14,956 nt of DNA from a bacterium (GTDB lineage Bacteria > SZUA-182 > DTGQ01 > JAFGSM01): NCBI GenBank assembly GCA_049472335.1, contig JBLIRO010000103.1:1-14956 (forward strand). Reading direction: 5' to 3'. Below are positions 1 to 6,587 of the stretch, piece after piece. Under the pieces are notes generated by a model. It did not search any database and was not told the DNA's origin. It saw nothing but the letters and a program-made list of their open reading frames with translations. Each line of letters begins with the position of its first letter. Positions within the stretch are counted from its first letter, which is position 1. The position numbers were made by a program, and so were the translations under genes.

Positions 1-18
1 ACACGGAGGAAAATACAA

Positions 19-51
19 ATTAAATATCAAGATAATATATTGATATTTAAT
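19..51. promoter_or_regulatory. 12-bp perfect inverted repeat upstream of the peptide genes (possible operator or hairpin)
   Basis: ATTAAATATCAA (19-30), 9-nt spacer, TTGATATTTAAT (40-51). A TATAAT box lies at 76-81. The AT-rich context raises the chance of coincidence. Confidence 0.4.
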
Positions 52-107
52 AAGTTATTTATATTGCAGAAGTCTTATAATACAAGCATAAAAGGAGGTG
101 ATTTAAA

Positions 108-173
108 GTGAAGATCAAGAGTAATGTTAAGGCTGGTGGTATGCCGGGAGGTTATGGAATGCCACAATATTGA
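108..173 (+). CDS. 21-aa micro-ORF MKIKSNVKAGGMPGGYGMPQY, putative leader/core precursor peptide 1
   Basis: Strong SD AAGGAGGTG (92-100) before GTG at 108 and TGA at 171-173. Paralogous to 256-330, with a leader ending in Gly-Gly. Not in the ORF track. Confidence 0.8.
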   Translation: MKIKSNVKAGGMPGGYGMPQY

Positions 174-255
174 TTCTAGTTTATAATGAGAAAATGTCAA
201 AATAATTAATAGACCCTTGAAATAAATACTATACGTAAAAAGGAGTTGATTTAAA

Positions 256-330
256 GTGAAGATAAAGAGTTATGTTAAGGCTGGTGGAGCGTCGTATGGC
301 GGATATTACGGACAGCAGCCATATTATTGA
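256..330 (+). CDS. 24-aa micro-ORF MKIKSYVKAGGASYGGYYGQQPYY, putative leader/core precursor peptide 2
   Basis: SD AAGGAG (240-245), GTG at 256, TGA at 328-330. 10 of 11 leader residues match peptide 1, with synonymous changes (ATC/ATA, GGT/GGA). The 9-nt length difference preserves the frame. Confidence 0.8.
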   Translation: MKIKSYVKAGGASYGGYYGQQPYY

Positions 331-366
331 TTTTAGTTTAGAATAAAAAAATGCCAATTTATTAAT

Positions 367-408
367 AAGCCCTTGAAAGTAAACCTGCTTAAAAGGGCTT
401 TTTTATTT
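367..408 (+). terminator. Rho-independent terminator after the peptide genes
   Basis: Stem AAGCCCTT (367-374) / AAGGGCTT (393-400), with extra inner pairing, followed by TTTTATTT. Confidence 0.7.
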
Positions 409-469
409 GTCCTCATTCGCTGCTAAACCTTATAACTAAATTTAATTTTAATATGATATTGTTTTATCG

Positions 470-552
470 AACTATATTTAGCATCAAAAGGGATTTAATT
501 TAAATAAAGTTTTGTCTCATGCAACTATAATATTAAGCATCAAAAGGTATTT
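470..552 (+). repeat. Short imperfect direct repeat
   Basis: AACTATA...AGCATCAAAAGG(G/T)ATTT at ~470-496 and ~523-552. The identical core AGCATCAAAAGG lies at 480-491 and 536-547. Confidence 0.6.
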
Positions 553-604
553 GGCCAAAATTGCCTGGAAAATCCCCGAACAAATATTCATTTTTACTAA
601 ACCC

Positions 605-633
605 TTTACATTCCCCATAGAAAGTAGTATCTT
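605..633 (+). promoter_or_regulatory. Candidate sigma70 promoter
   Basis: TTTACA (605-610), 17-nt spacer, TATCTT (628-633), upstream of the DUF2283 gene. Confidence 0.3.
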
Positions 634-742
634 CATACTCAATAAGTTCAGCTTAATTTGTTTTATCCATAACGTTTTGTAAAGCTTGAAATAAACTTAT
701 CTATAATTAAAGCATTATACATAAAACACCATAATAAGCACT

Positions 743-790
743 AATGATGATAAAATCACCATAATTACAGCCATAGATAAGAGTAATTAG
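743..790 (+). pseudogene. C-terminal remnant of a DUF4258-like gene (usual upstream partner of DUF2283)
   Basis: Frame reads NDDKITIITAIDKSN*, resembling DUF4258 C-termini. The TAG (788-790) overlaps the AGGAGG SD of the DUF2283 gene. An in-frame TAA at 722-724 and no ATG/GTG/TTG start. Confidence 0.5.
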
Positions 791-802
791 GAGGAACAAA
801 AC

Positions 803-1036
803 ATGAAGATTGAATATGATCGAGAAGTAGATGCTCTTTACATAAGGATTCAAGAAAAGGAAGTATATCGTACAAAAGAATTAGAAGAAGGAGTTAATTT
901 GGATATAGATGAAGAAGGTAAAATAATCGGATTAGAAATAGTTGGAGCATTAGAAAGATATAACCGGAAAGATATTTTTAATATTGCAACTGAAAATTTA
1001 ATATTTGAAGAAACAATTCAACCTGGCAGAGGATGA
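803..1036 (+). CDS. DUF2283 domain-containing protein (putative antitoxin)
   Basis: Signature motifs MKIEYDREVDALYI and LDIDEEGKIIGLEI. SD AGGAGG at 789-794. Confidence 0.88.
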   Translation: MKIEYDREVDALYIRIQEKEVYRTKELEEGVNLDIDEEGKIIGLEIVGALERYNRKDIFNIATENLIFEETIQPGRG

Positions 1037-1074
1037 AATATATTAAAACTAATTGTCCGAAATAATATTTTGTC

Positions 1075-1234
1075 GTAACTTCTCAAAATCCTGTTGGGAT
1101 CTTGAGAAGAATTGCAAAATGCAAAATGCAAATTTTAAAATGCAAGATAATGTATTCCTTAAATTTTCATTTTTCATTTTGCATTTTACAATTTGCATTA
1201 ACTGCTCTAAAACCACACTGTTTTGAGCAGTTAC
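1075..1234. mobile_element. 160-bp MITE-like element with 14-bp TIRs and an 8-bp target-site duplication
   Basis: Left end GTAACTTCTCAAAA (1075-1088) and right end TTTTGAGCAGTTAC (1221-1234) match 13/14 as inverted repeats. ATTTTGTC flanks both sides (1067-1074, 1235-1242). Inside are TGCAAAA heptamers and their inverse. Confidence 0.75.
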
Positions 1235-1241
1235 ATTTTGT

Positions 1242-1964
1242 CTAGATTTTTAGAGTCTCTCTGATATCCTCCTGCATTTTTATTACTTCCTGTATCGGGT
1301 CCCGGGCATTACGAATCGGTCTTCCAACTACCACATAATCCGCTCCGTTTGTAAAGGCCTTTTTAATATCAACGGTTCTTTTCTGATCATCCACTCTGTT
1401 TTGAACCGGCCGCACCCCAGGTACCACAATCAAAAAATTATCACCCAGTTCGCTTCTTAGTTTCTGAGCCTCCAAACCGGAAGATACAATACCGTCACAC
1501 CCCAGTGCAAATGCGCGTTTAGCCCTGCTCAAGACAAGATCCTCAACCGAGCAGTCAAATCCAAGCGCTTTCATATCTCCCTCATCCAGACTTGTAAGAA
1601 CGGTAACGGCCAGGATTTTGACATCCCCTTTTTTGTTGGCTGCAGCCTTTAGAATTTCGTCATTTCCGTGAACCGTTGCAAAAGAGACACCACGATTCTT
1701 TAATTGTTCAACAGCCAAACCCACAGTCTGAGGGACATCGAAAAACTTCAGGTCAAGCATCACTTCCAGATCCTGGTCTATGATCCAGTCTATTATTTTA
1801 AACCATCCCGCCAAGAAGAGCTGCAATCCCACTTTGTAAAACTTGATATGGCTTTTAAGCTTATGTACCCATTCCCTAGCCTTTTCCTCATTGTCAACAT
1901 CCAAGGCAAAGATTATGCGTTTATCAAGAGGGATATCCTTTTTAGTTAATAAAATATCTGACAT
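1242..1964 (-). CDS. pyrF: Orotidine-5'-phosphate decarboxylase
   Basis: Motifs IIFALD, YKVG, DLKFFDVPQTV (DxKxxD), AVTVLTS, PGVRP, DDQKR and VVGRPI. Confidence 0.97.
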   Translation of the reverse strand: MSDILLTKKDIPLDKRIIFALDVDNEEKAREWVHKLKSHIKFYKVGLQLFLAGWFKIIDWIIDQDLEVMLDLKFFDVPQTVGLAVEQLKNRGVSFATVHGNDEILKAAANKKGDVKILAVTVLTSLDEGDMKALGFDCSVEDLVLSRAKRAFALGCDGIVSSGLEAQKLRSELGDNFLIVVPGVRPVQNRVDDQKRTVDIKKAFTNGADYVVVGRPIRNARDPIQEVIKMQEDIRETLKI

Positions 1965-2044
1965 TTTTTCCCCTTTAATTGATTAATTGTATTTTATAAT
2001 CAAACAGTTTAAGATGGATTATGGACCGGTTACGGTTACTGATC

Positions 2045-3118
2045 CTATTGAATAAAGCCCCTTTCTAGTAAAAGATCATAGATCTTTGCGCCTTTATTTA
2101 TCGAATCATATACCAAAACGGAGGTAATCGTAGCCGACGAGATTGCATCGACCTGGGGGGTAAACGTGATGCCCTCCCTTACATTTCTGGCAATAAGGCC
2201 TTTTTTGATTTTGATGATATCATTTTCATCAAACGAGGCATTATATAATTTGCTTAGTTTTATGGGAATTAAATCAAGCACGGTCCCTAATCTGTCTATC
2301 ATGTAAATAAACTGTACATGCTCGCACACATCACAGGTAGACGGCCTGTTTATAAGGATGGCAAATATATCCTCTTTTGAGCCAATTTTATAAACAATCC
2401 TGCCTGAATCTTCGAACAACTCTTTAATTGATATAGTCTCTCCTCTCAGAGTCAGCCATTCTTTCAACAGGTTGTCGATCCATGCCTGATCGATAGGTTT
2501 TGGCTCAGTAGCGGCCGTTTCTATTTTTTTATCCAGGTAGTGTTTCCCTTCAAGGATATCAACTATTGTATCGAATGTATCCTTAACATTTTCATTTACT
2601 CCCAGCTCAGTCTTCATAACCTGAAATTTATTATCCGGCCTTTTCAAAAGAAATATCTTAAATGGTGTCCGTACCTGGCCAATCTGGTCATATTTAGAAA
2701 ATTTAAAGTCAGGAAAAACCGGATACGGTACATTAAACTCTTCAACAAATTTATTCACTTCTCTCATGTTGTTTCCCGCTGCAATGCCTATCATCTTTAC
2801 CTTTCCTGCCGTATTTTCATTGTCCTCTATCATTAAAAACAGCTCTCTGTCATAAGATGTCTGACTCATACAGGAGACACAGTATACGCTTAGCACCTCG
2901 ATCATTATAATATCCGCTTTAATGTCTGAAAGACTTATTTCCCTGCCCTTTTTAGTTTTCAGATATTTTTGGGCGGTTTTATTTAAGGTTATGTCAAAAT
3001 CCATTTCAGGGAAAAGGTCCCCTGGCCCTATTAATCCGTAAATCCTGCCTGTGCTGAAAACTATACAGCAAATGATACTTGCTATTATGATAATGAAAAA
3101 TTTGGTTGTTTTTTTCAT
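2045..3118 (-). CDS. Exported or membrane-anchored TlpA-like redoxin fused to a C-terminal FMN-binding-like domain
   Basis: N-terminal basic plus hydrophobic segment. Thioredoxin-fold motifs EVLSVYCVSC, FNVPYPVFPD and VRTP (cis-Pro). The C-terminal part has CDVC and VDAISSATITS, resembling the DxxSGAT flavinylation motif. SD GGAGG. Confidence 0.7.
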   Translation of the reverse strand: MKKTTKFFIIIIASIICCIVFSTGRIYGLIGPGDLFPEMDFDITLNKTAQKYLKTKKGREISLSDIKADIIMIEVLSVYCVSCMSQTSYDRELFLMIEDNENTAGKVKMIGIAAGNNMREVNKFVEEFNVPYPVFPDFKFSKYDQIGQVRTPFKIFLLKRPDNKFQVMKTELGVNENVKDTFDTIVDILEGKHYLDKKIETAATEPKPIDQAWIDNLLKEWLTLRGETISIKELFEDSGRIVYKIGSKEDIFAILINRPSTCDVCEHVQFIYMIDRLGTVLDLIPIKLSKLYNASFDENDIIKIKKGLIARNVREGITFTPQVDAISSATITSVLVYDSINKGAKIYDLLLERGFIQ

Positions 3119-3177
3119 TTTATTCCTCCTGATTTATTTTTTTATTGATTCAAGCAGATCTCCAATTAAGCCGGAGA

Positions 3178-4674
3178 TTACTTATGGAGATTAATCCAGT
3201 CTTCCATATTTTTTAAATTTTTGGTCATTTCCCACCATCCGTTTTTAAATGTCGCATAATCAGGAGCGCCCGTCATCGCGGATGCATAGCGGATGGAATT
3301 GGCATAAAACAGCCATTGAACGATCCAGTAATGTTCAATAGTTTCGTCAAAAGGATTATTATTGTCGGCAAGATTTTTTTCCCATGCCTTGGTTAATAAT
3401 AATGTGGCGTTTAAAACCATCTGATCCGTTTCTTTTATGGTGGAATCAAGCTTGGCAAAATGATTTTCTGTCCAGTTTGTGCTGTGACATGCGGAACATA
3501 CCTTCATCATTTCAGCTTTTCTTGTCTTTTGCTCATTTTCATCTATCAGAAACTCAACTGCCGGATTACCGGTAAAGTCCGTTGGAAGGGGTAATTCGTC
3601 TTTATTTTTTATAATAGAGGTGTCCCCTGACTTTGGCTGGGGGTGCGAATAAACCAGACCGAATATCCTTGCCCATAAACGTCCCCCAAAATCATGTGTC
3701 CTGGATGTAATTACATTGCCGTTTGGACTGGTTATGAGGCTATTGTGACAAGTTGCGCACGTGGGGGCCTTAAAATCCCTCCCCAACACCCAGGGCACAT
3801 TATTAAAATTCCAATATTCTTTCTTTGAGCTGTAAATATTGGCATGTTTACTCTCTTTAAAAACATTCCAGGCAGGCACATCGGGTTCAAGATGGCATTG
3901 GGCGCAGGTGTAAGGTTTTCTGGCAATATCTATGGAGAAACTATGCCTTGGATGGCAAGCCGAACATGAACCCTGACTGCCGTCCGGGTTTAATCTTCCA
4001 ACACCCTGATTCGGCCAATTCAATAAATTAGGAACAGTGATATTTAACGGACCCGAAGAGACCCTCTTTTTACCGTTTACCTTCACTTCAGTGCCATGGC
4101 AACCATAGCAGGTATCCATCCTGGTTGATTCCGATACCTCCAACGGCACCACTTTTTCATCACTTATTTCCTTTAAGCTGATGACGGATTTTACAAGGGT
4201 CTTATAAACCGGATTTTTTTCCAGATTGCTGTATGCGTACCCCTTTTTGCTTGGAACATATTCTTTGACTTCTACAGGATGGCAAGTGGAACAATCCTGA
4301 GGGCTGACAACCACATTGATTTTCAGGCCAAAATGATTAAAGCTGTCTTCATGTTTATCCACATTTAAGCCGTGGCATTCATAGCACCCTACAATGAATT
4401 CCGAAAGATTCCCGTTTACTGAATCAGTGGACATCCTGCGGGTTAATTTGTCTTTTTTAAGGGCCATTTGAGGTGTGGTTTCAGAATGTAAGCTCGCATA
4501 CCAGTCTTCAACGATGCCCGGGGTTGAATTTTCATGACAGTCTAAGCATCTTTTGGTTTGTTTGCTCATATTCGTCATATTCGGGCCTGGTTTTTTCTCG
4601 GCTCCCTGCGCAGTGATCCCTAAAATTAAAACAAAAAAAATACCAACCCACAATGAATAGAATACCCTTTTCAT
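3178..4674 (-). CDS. Periplasmic octaheme cytochrome c, hydroxylamine oxidoreductase (HAO) family
   Basis: Signal peptide and eight CxxCH motifs (CLDCH, CYECH, CSTCH, CYGCH, CSACH, CAQCH, CATCH, CSACH). HAO-family segments WPNQGVGRLNPDGSQGSC, RHSFS..ARKP and ESKH. SD AGGAG. Confidence 0.9.
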   Translation of the reverse strand: MKRVFYSLWVGIFFVLILGITAQGAEKKPGPNMTNMSKQTKRCLDCHENSTPGIVEDWYASLHSETTPQMALKKDKLTRRMSTDSVNGNLSEFIVGCYECHGLNVDKHEDSFNHFGLKINVVVSPQDCSTCHPVEVKEYVPSKKGYAYSNLEKNPVYKTLVKSVISLKEISDEKVVPLEVSESTRMDTCYGCHGTEVKVNGKKRVSSGPLNITVPNLLNWPNQGVGRLNPDGSQGSCSACHPRHSFSIDIARKPYTCAQCHLEPDVPAWNVFKESKHANIYSSKKEYWNFNNVPWVLGRDFKAPTCATCHNSLITSPNGNVITSRTHDFGGRLWARIFGLVYSHPQPKSGDTSIIKNKDELPLPTDFTGNPAVEFLIDENEQKTRKAEMMKVCSACHSTNWTENHFAKLDSTIKETDQMVLNATLLLTKAWEKNLADNNNPFDETIEHYWIVQWLFYANSIRYASAMTGAPDYATFKNGWWEMTKNLKNMEDWINLHK

Positions 4675-4785
4675 AGCCTGCTCCTTTTTTTTAGATTAAT
4701 TACCCGGAATTTAGAAGTATTTCTTGCGACCAATAGATCAGATATTTTTTATTATGAATACAGGATATGTTTTTATATGAATGAA

Positions 4786-4815
4786 AGTATATTGCAGAAT
4801 CCGTGACTCTGTCAA
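4786..4815 (-). promoter_or_regulatory. Candidate sigma70 promoter for the octaheme cytochrome operon
   Basis: Minus strand reads TTGACA (4815-4810), 18-nt spacer, TATACT (4791-4786). Confidence 0.55.
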
Positions 4816-4826
4816 TATTGATTGAT

Positions 4827-4864
4827 TTAATATAGTAAATAACGTCCCTAATTTACTATATTAA
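4827..4864. repeat. 14-bp perfect inverted repeat with a 10-nt asymmetric spacer
   Basis: TTAATATAGTAAAT (4827-4840), AACGTCCCTA, ATTTACTATATTAA (4851-4864). Confidence 0.8.
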
Positions 4865-5020
4865 CTTTAGGCACTTGCCACTTTAGGCACTTCTCTTAAT
4901 TTAAACGCCTACTCTATGTATTGTGTGTTTCTCAGAATTATTCCTCTTAGCACTTTAGGCACTTCTTTTACTTTAAGCGCCTACTCAATGTATCGTATGT
5001 TTTCCCGAATTATTCCTCTT
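4864..5020. repeat. 70-bp tandem duplication including the 3' end of the 4985-5458 gene, plus three copies of ACTTTAGGCACTT
   Basis: 4879-4948 and 4951-5020 align without gaps at 61/70. The 13-mer occurs at 4864-4876, 4880-4892 and 4952-4964. Confidence 0.9.
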
Positions 5021-5458
5021 TATCAGTTCCAGCATCCCCTGTGAGGCAATTTTCATCTGTTCAACGGCTTCTGCTAATTGAGAGAATCTTTTCTTAAGAT
5101 CAACCATAGCCTTTTGCATGTTTTGAAAATCAATGCTCGCTTCCTTAAGCTTCCTTTCCCTTTCAAGATAGTCCATGTAAGCAGCCAGGACCTTTTTGTT
5201 CAGTTGAGATATCTCGCATATCTTCATTTCTATCAGATATTCACTCAATCCATTTTCAGAGCTTAATTCACATCCGGTAATGATTCCATGCAGTACAAAA
5301 GAATTTATGGAATTTCCTTCAGGTAGTTTTATTTCCAGTTGGATTTTTTCGCCTATATCTTTAGGCCTGTCGGCCAAAAGCATTATTGTTTCCTCTGTCA
5401 GCTTAATCAATTTACTCGTCATATGGCTGCCTTTCCCCTTTATGTAAAAATTTTCCAC
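4985..5458 (-). CDS. Hypothetical protein with a degenerate PilZ-like beta barrel and C-terminal coiled coil
   Basis: The segment IGEKIQLEIKLP...LHGII...YLIEMKICEISQLNKKVLAAYM follows the PilZ pattern, but the RxxxR and DxSxxG motifs are absent. Heptad-like tail. GTG start with AAGGA; alternative ATG at 5422. Confidence 0.55.
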   Translation of the reverse strand: MENFYIKGKGSHMTSKLIKLTEETIMLLADRPKDIGEKIQLEIKLPEGNSINSFVLHGIITGCELSSENGLSEYLIEMKICEISQLNKKVLAAYMDYLERERKLKEASIDFQNMQKAMVDLKKRFSQLAEAVEQMKIASQGMLELIKRNNSGKHTIH

Positions 5459-5696
5459 TTGGTCCTTGTTTTTAAGGATTAAGAAGCAACCATAATGCCA
5501 ATAATTCCCTTATTAGATTTTTTATTTTAATTACAATTAATTAGATTGAATTTCAGTTAGCTTCAGAAGCCCCGGTTTTGAGTAATTTAGGTAATATAAT
5601 GAAAAAAAATATCACTTTTCCAGTTTTCCCGGATGGATTTACTGCCCATTTCTGGTAAAAATTTGATTTAAAATCCAGATCTTAGGTTAAAGGGCC

Positions 5697-6473
5697 TCAA
5701 TTCCCTTCCTGACCAACTTTGCCAAACCCAATAATTATATAGGTCCCGCTTCTGCTGTCGGTTTTCAGTCTTATGAGTCCGTTTTGTTCGGCATCTTCCA
5801 GGAGTTCACTGAAGGTTCGGTATCCATGATAGGACTCATTAAAGGAGGGACGTTTTCTTTTCATTGTGTCCTTAACCATTGAAGACCAGATAATCTCCTT
5901 ATTCTCTCTTACAAGGGCAACAACTGAATCGATCATCAGTTGAAAGGCTTCTATCTTTTTTTTAGGCAGGCTCTCGGAGATTTTAGGGGGCATTCCCACG
6001 GGTCTCGACAGGTCCTCATAAAAGATAAACTCATCACAGTTTTCCATTAAAAGGGCGGAGGTGGTGTTTCTCATGCCAAGACCTATTACATTTTTACCAT
6101 TCTCTTTCAATTTTGATACAAGTGGGGAAAAATCACTGTCACCGGATATTATCACAAAAGTATTGATATGTTCCTTTGAATAACACATATCCATGGCATC
6201 GACACAAAGCCGGATGTCTGCTGAGTTCTTTCCACTCAGGCTTTTTTGGGGAATCTCGATCAGCTCTATGCCGGCCTCATGGAGTGGCCTCTTATATTCA
6301 GAATAATTTGACCAATCCGCATAAGCCCTTTTTACTATAATCTTTCCCTTTTCTACCAGGCGCTCCAAAACTTTCTGGATGTCAAACCGGCTGGACTTTT
6401 TGTTTTTCCTTAGACCAAGGGCAACATTTTCAAAATCAATGAATATGGCAAGGGTTTGTTCGATCTCTCTCAT
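5697..6473 (-). CDS. NYN (LabA/DUF88, PIN-like) domain protein with C-terminal OST-HTH/LOTUS domain
   Basis: Motifs IFIDFEN, RAYADW, GKNSADIRLCVDAMD, ISGDSDFSPL and CDEFIFYE. C-terminal PSFNESYHGYRTFSELLE. Confidence 0.93.
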   Translation of the reverse strand: MREIEQTLAIFIDFENVALGLRKNKKSSRFDIQKVLERLVEKGKIIVKRAYADWSNYSEYKRPLHEAGIELIEIPQKSLSGKNSADIRLCVDAMDMCYSKEHINTFVIISGDSDFSPLVSKLKENGKNVIGLGMRNTTSALLMENCDEFIFYEDLSRPVGMPPKISESLPKKKIEAFQLMIDSVVALVRENKEIIWSSMVKDTMKRKRPSFNESYHGYRTFSELLEDAEQNGLIRLKTDSRSGTYIIIGFGKVGQEGN

Positions 6474-6541
6474 CTTTTAATATTACTATGATATGGATTT
6501 TTATACAAGATTAATATGTGTTGTTGATATTTTGACACTCC

Positions 6542-6587
6542 TTGATATTTTGTACAAAATGTTTATGATTTAATATGTATTGTACAA
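6542..6587 (+). promoter_or_regulatory. TA promoter/operator with two TGTACA-core palindromes
   Basis: Perfect palindromes ATTTTGTACAAAAT (6547-6560) and TTGTACAA (6580-6587). Candidate promoter TTGATA (6542-6547), 16-nt spacer, TATGAT (6564-6569). Confidence 0.6.

Larger units (their letters stand above)
87..383 (+). repeat. Imperfect tandem duplication of a ~150-bp cassette (RBS, micro-ORF, 3' flank)
   Basis: Both units share the 5' block AAAAGGAG(G/T)TGATTTAAAGTGAAGAT and the 3' block TATTGATT(C/T)TAGTTTA...AAAATG(T/C)CAA...ATTAATA..CCCTTGAAA. Confidence 0.85.

Noticed and set aside
87..383. Peptide cassettes as a CRISPR-like or non-coding repeat
   Set aside because: Only two long units, each with SD, start, stop, synonymous changes and a frame-preserving indel, which indicates coding sequence.
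1195..1237. Integron attC site
   Set aside because: It has AAC...GTT ends and a bulge, but it is shorter than typical attC sites, does not fit RYYYAAC/GTTRRRY, and no integrase or cassette array is present. It is better explained as the MITE end.
2318..2335. Heme c motif in the redoxin fusion
   Set aside because: The sequence is CDVCEH (CxxCxH), not CxxCH.
4879..5020. DGR template/variable repeat pair
   Set aside because: The nine mismatches are not confined to adenines of one copy on either strand, and no reverse transcriptase is in the window.
1704..5266. Short ORFs 1704-1949, 2540-2836, 3384-3575, 3732-3926 and 5078-5266
   Set aside because: All lie inside better-supported genes (antisense or off-frame) and show no recognisable motifs.
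5459..5696. c-di-GMP riboswitch upstream of the PilZ-like gene
   Set aside because: Only weak hairpins, and I could not find the conserved class I aptamer motifs. An Rfam scan would settle it.
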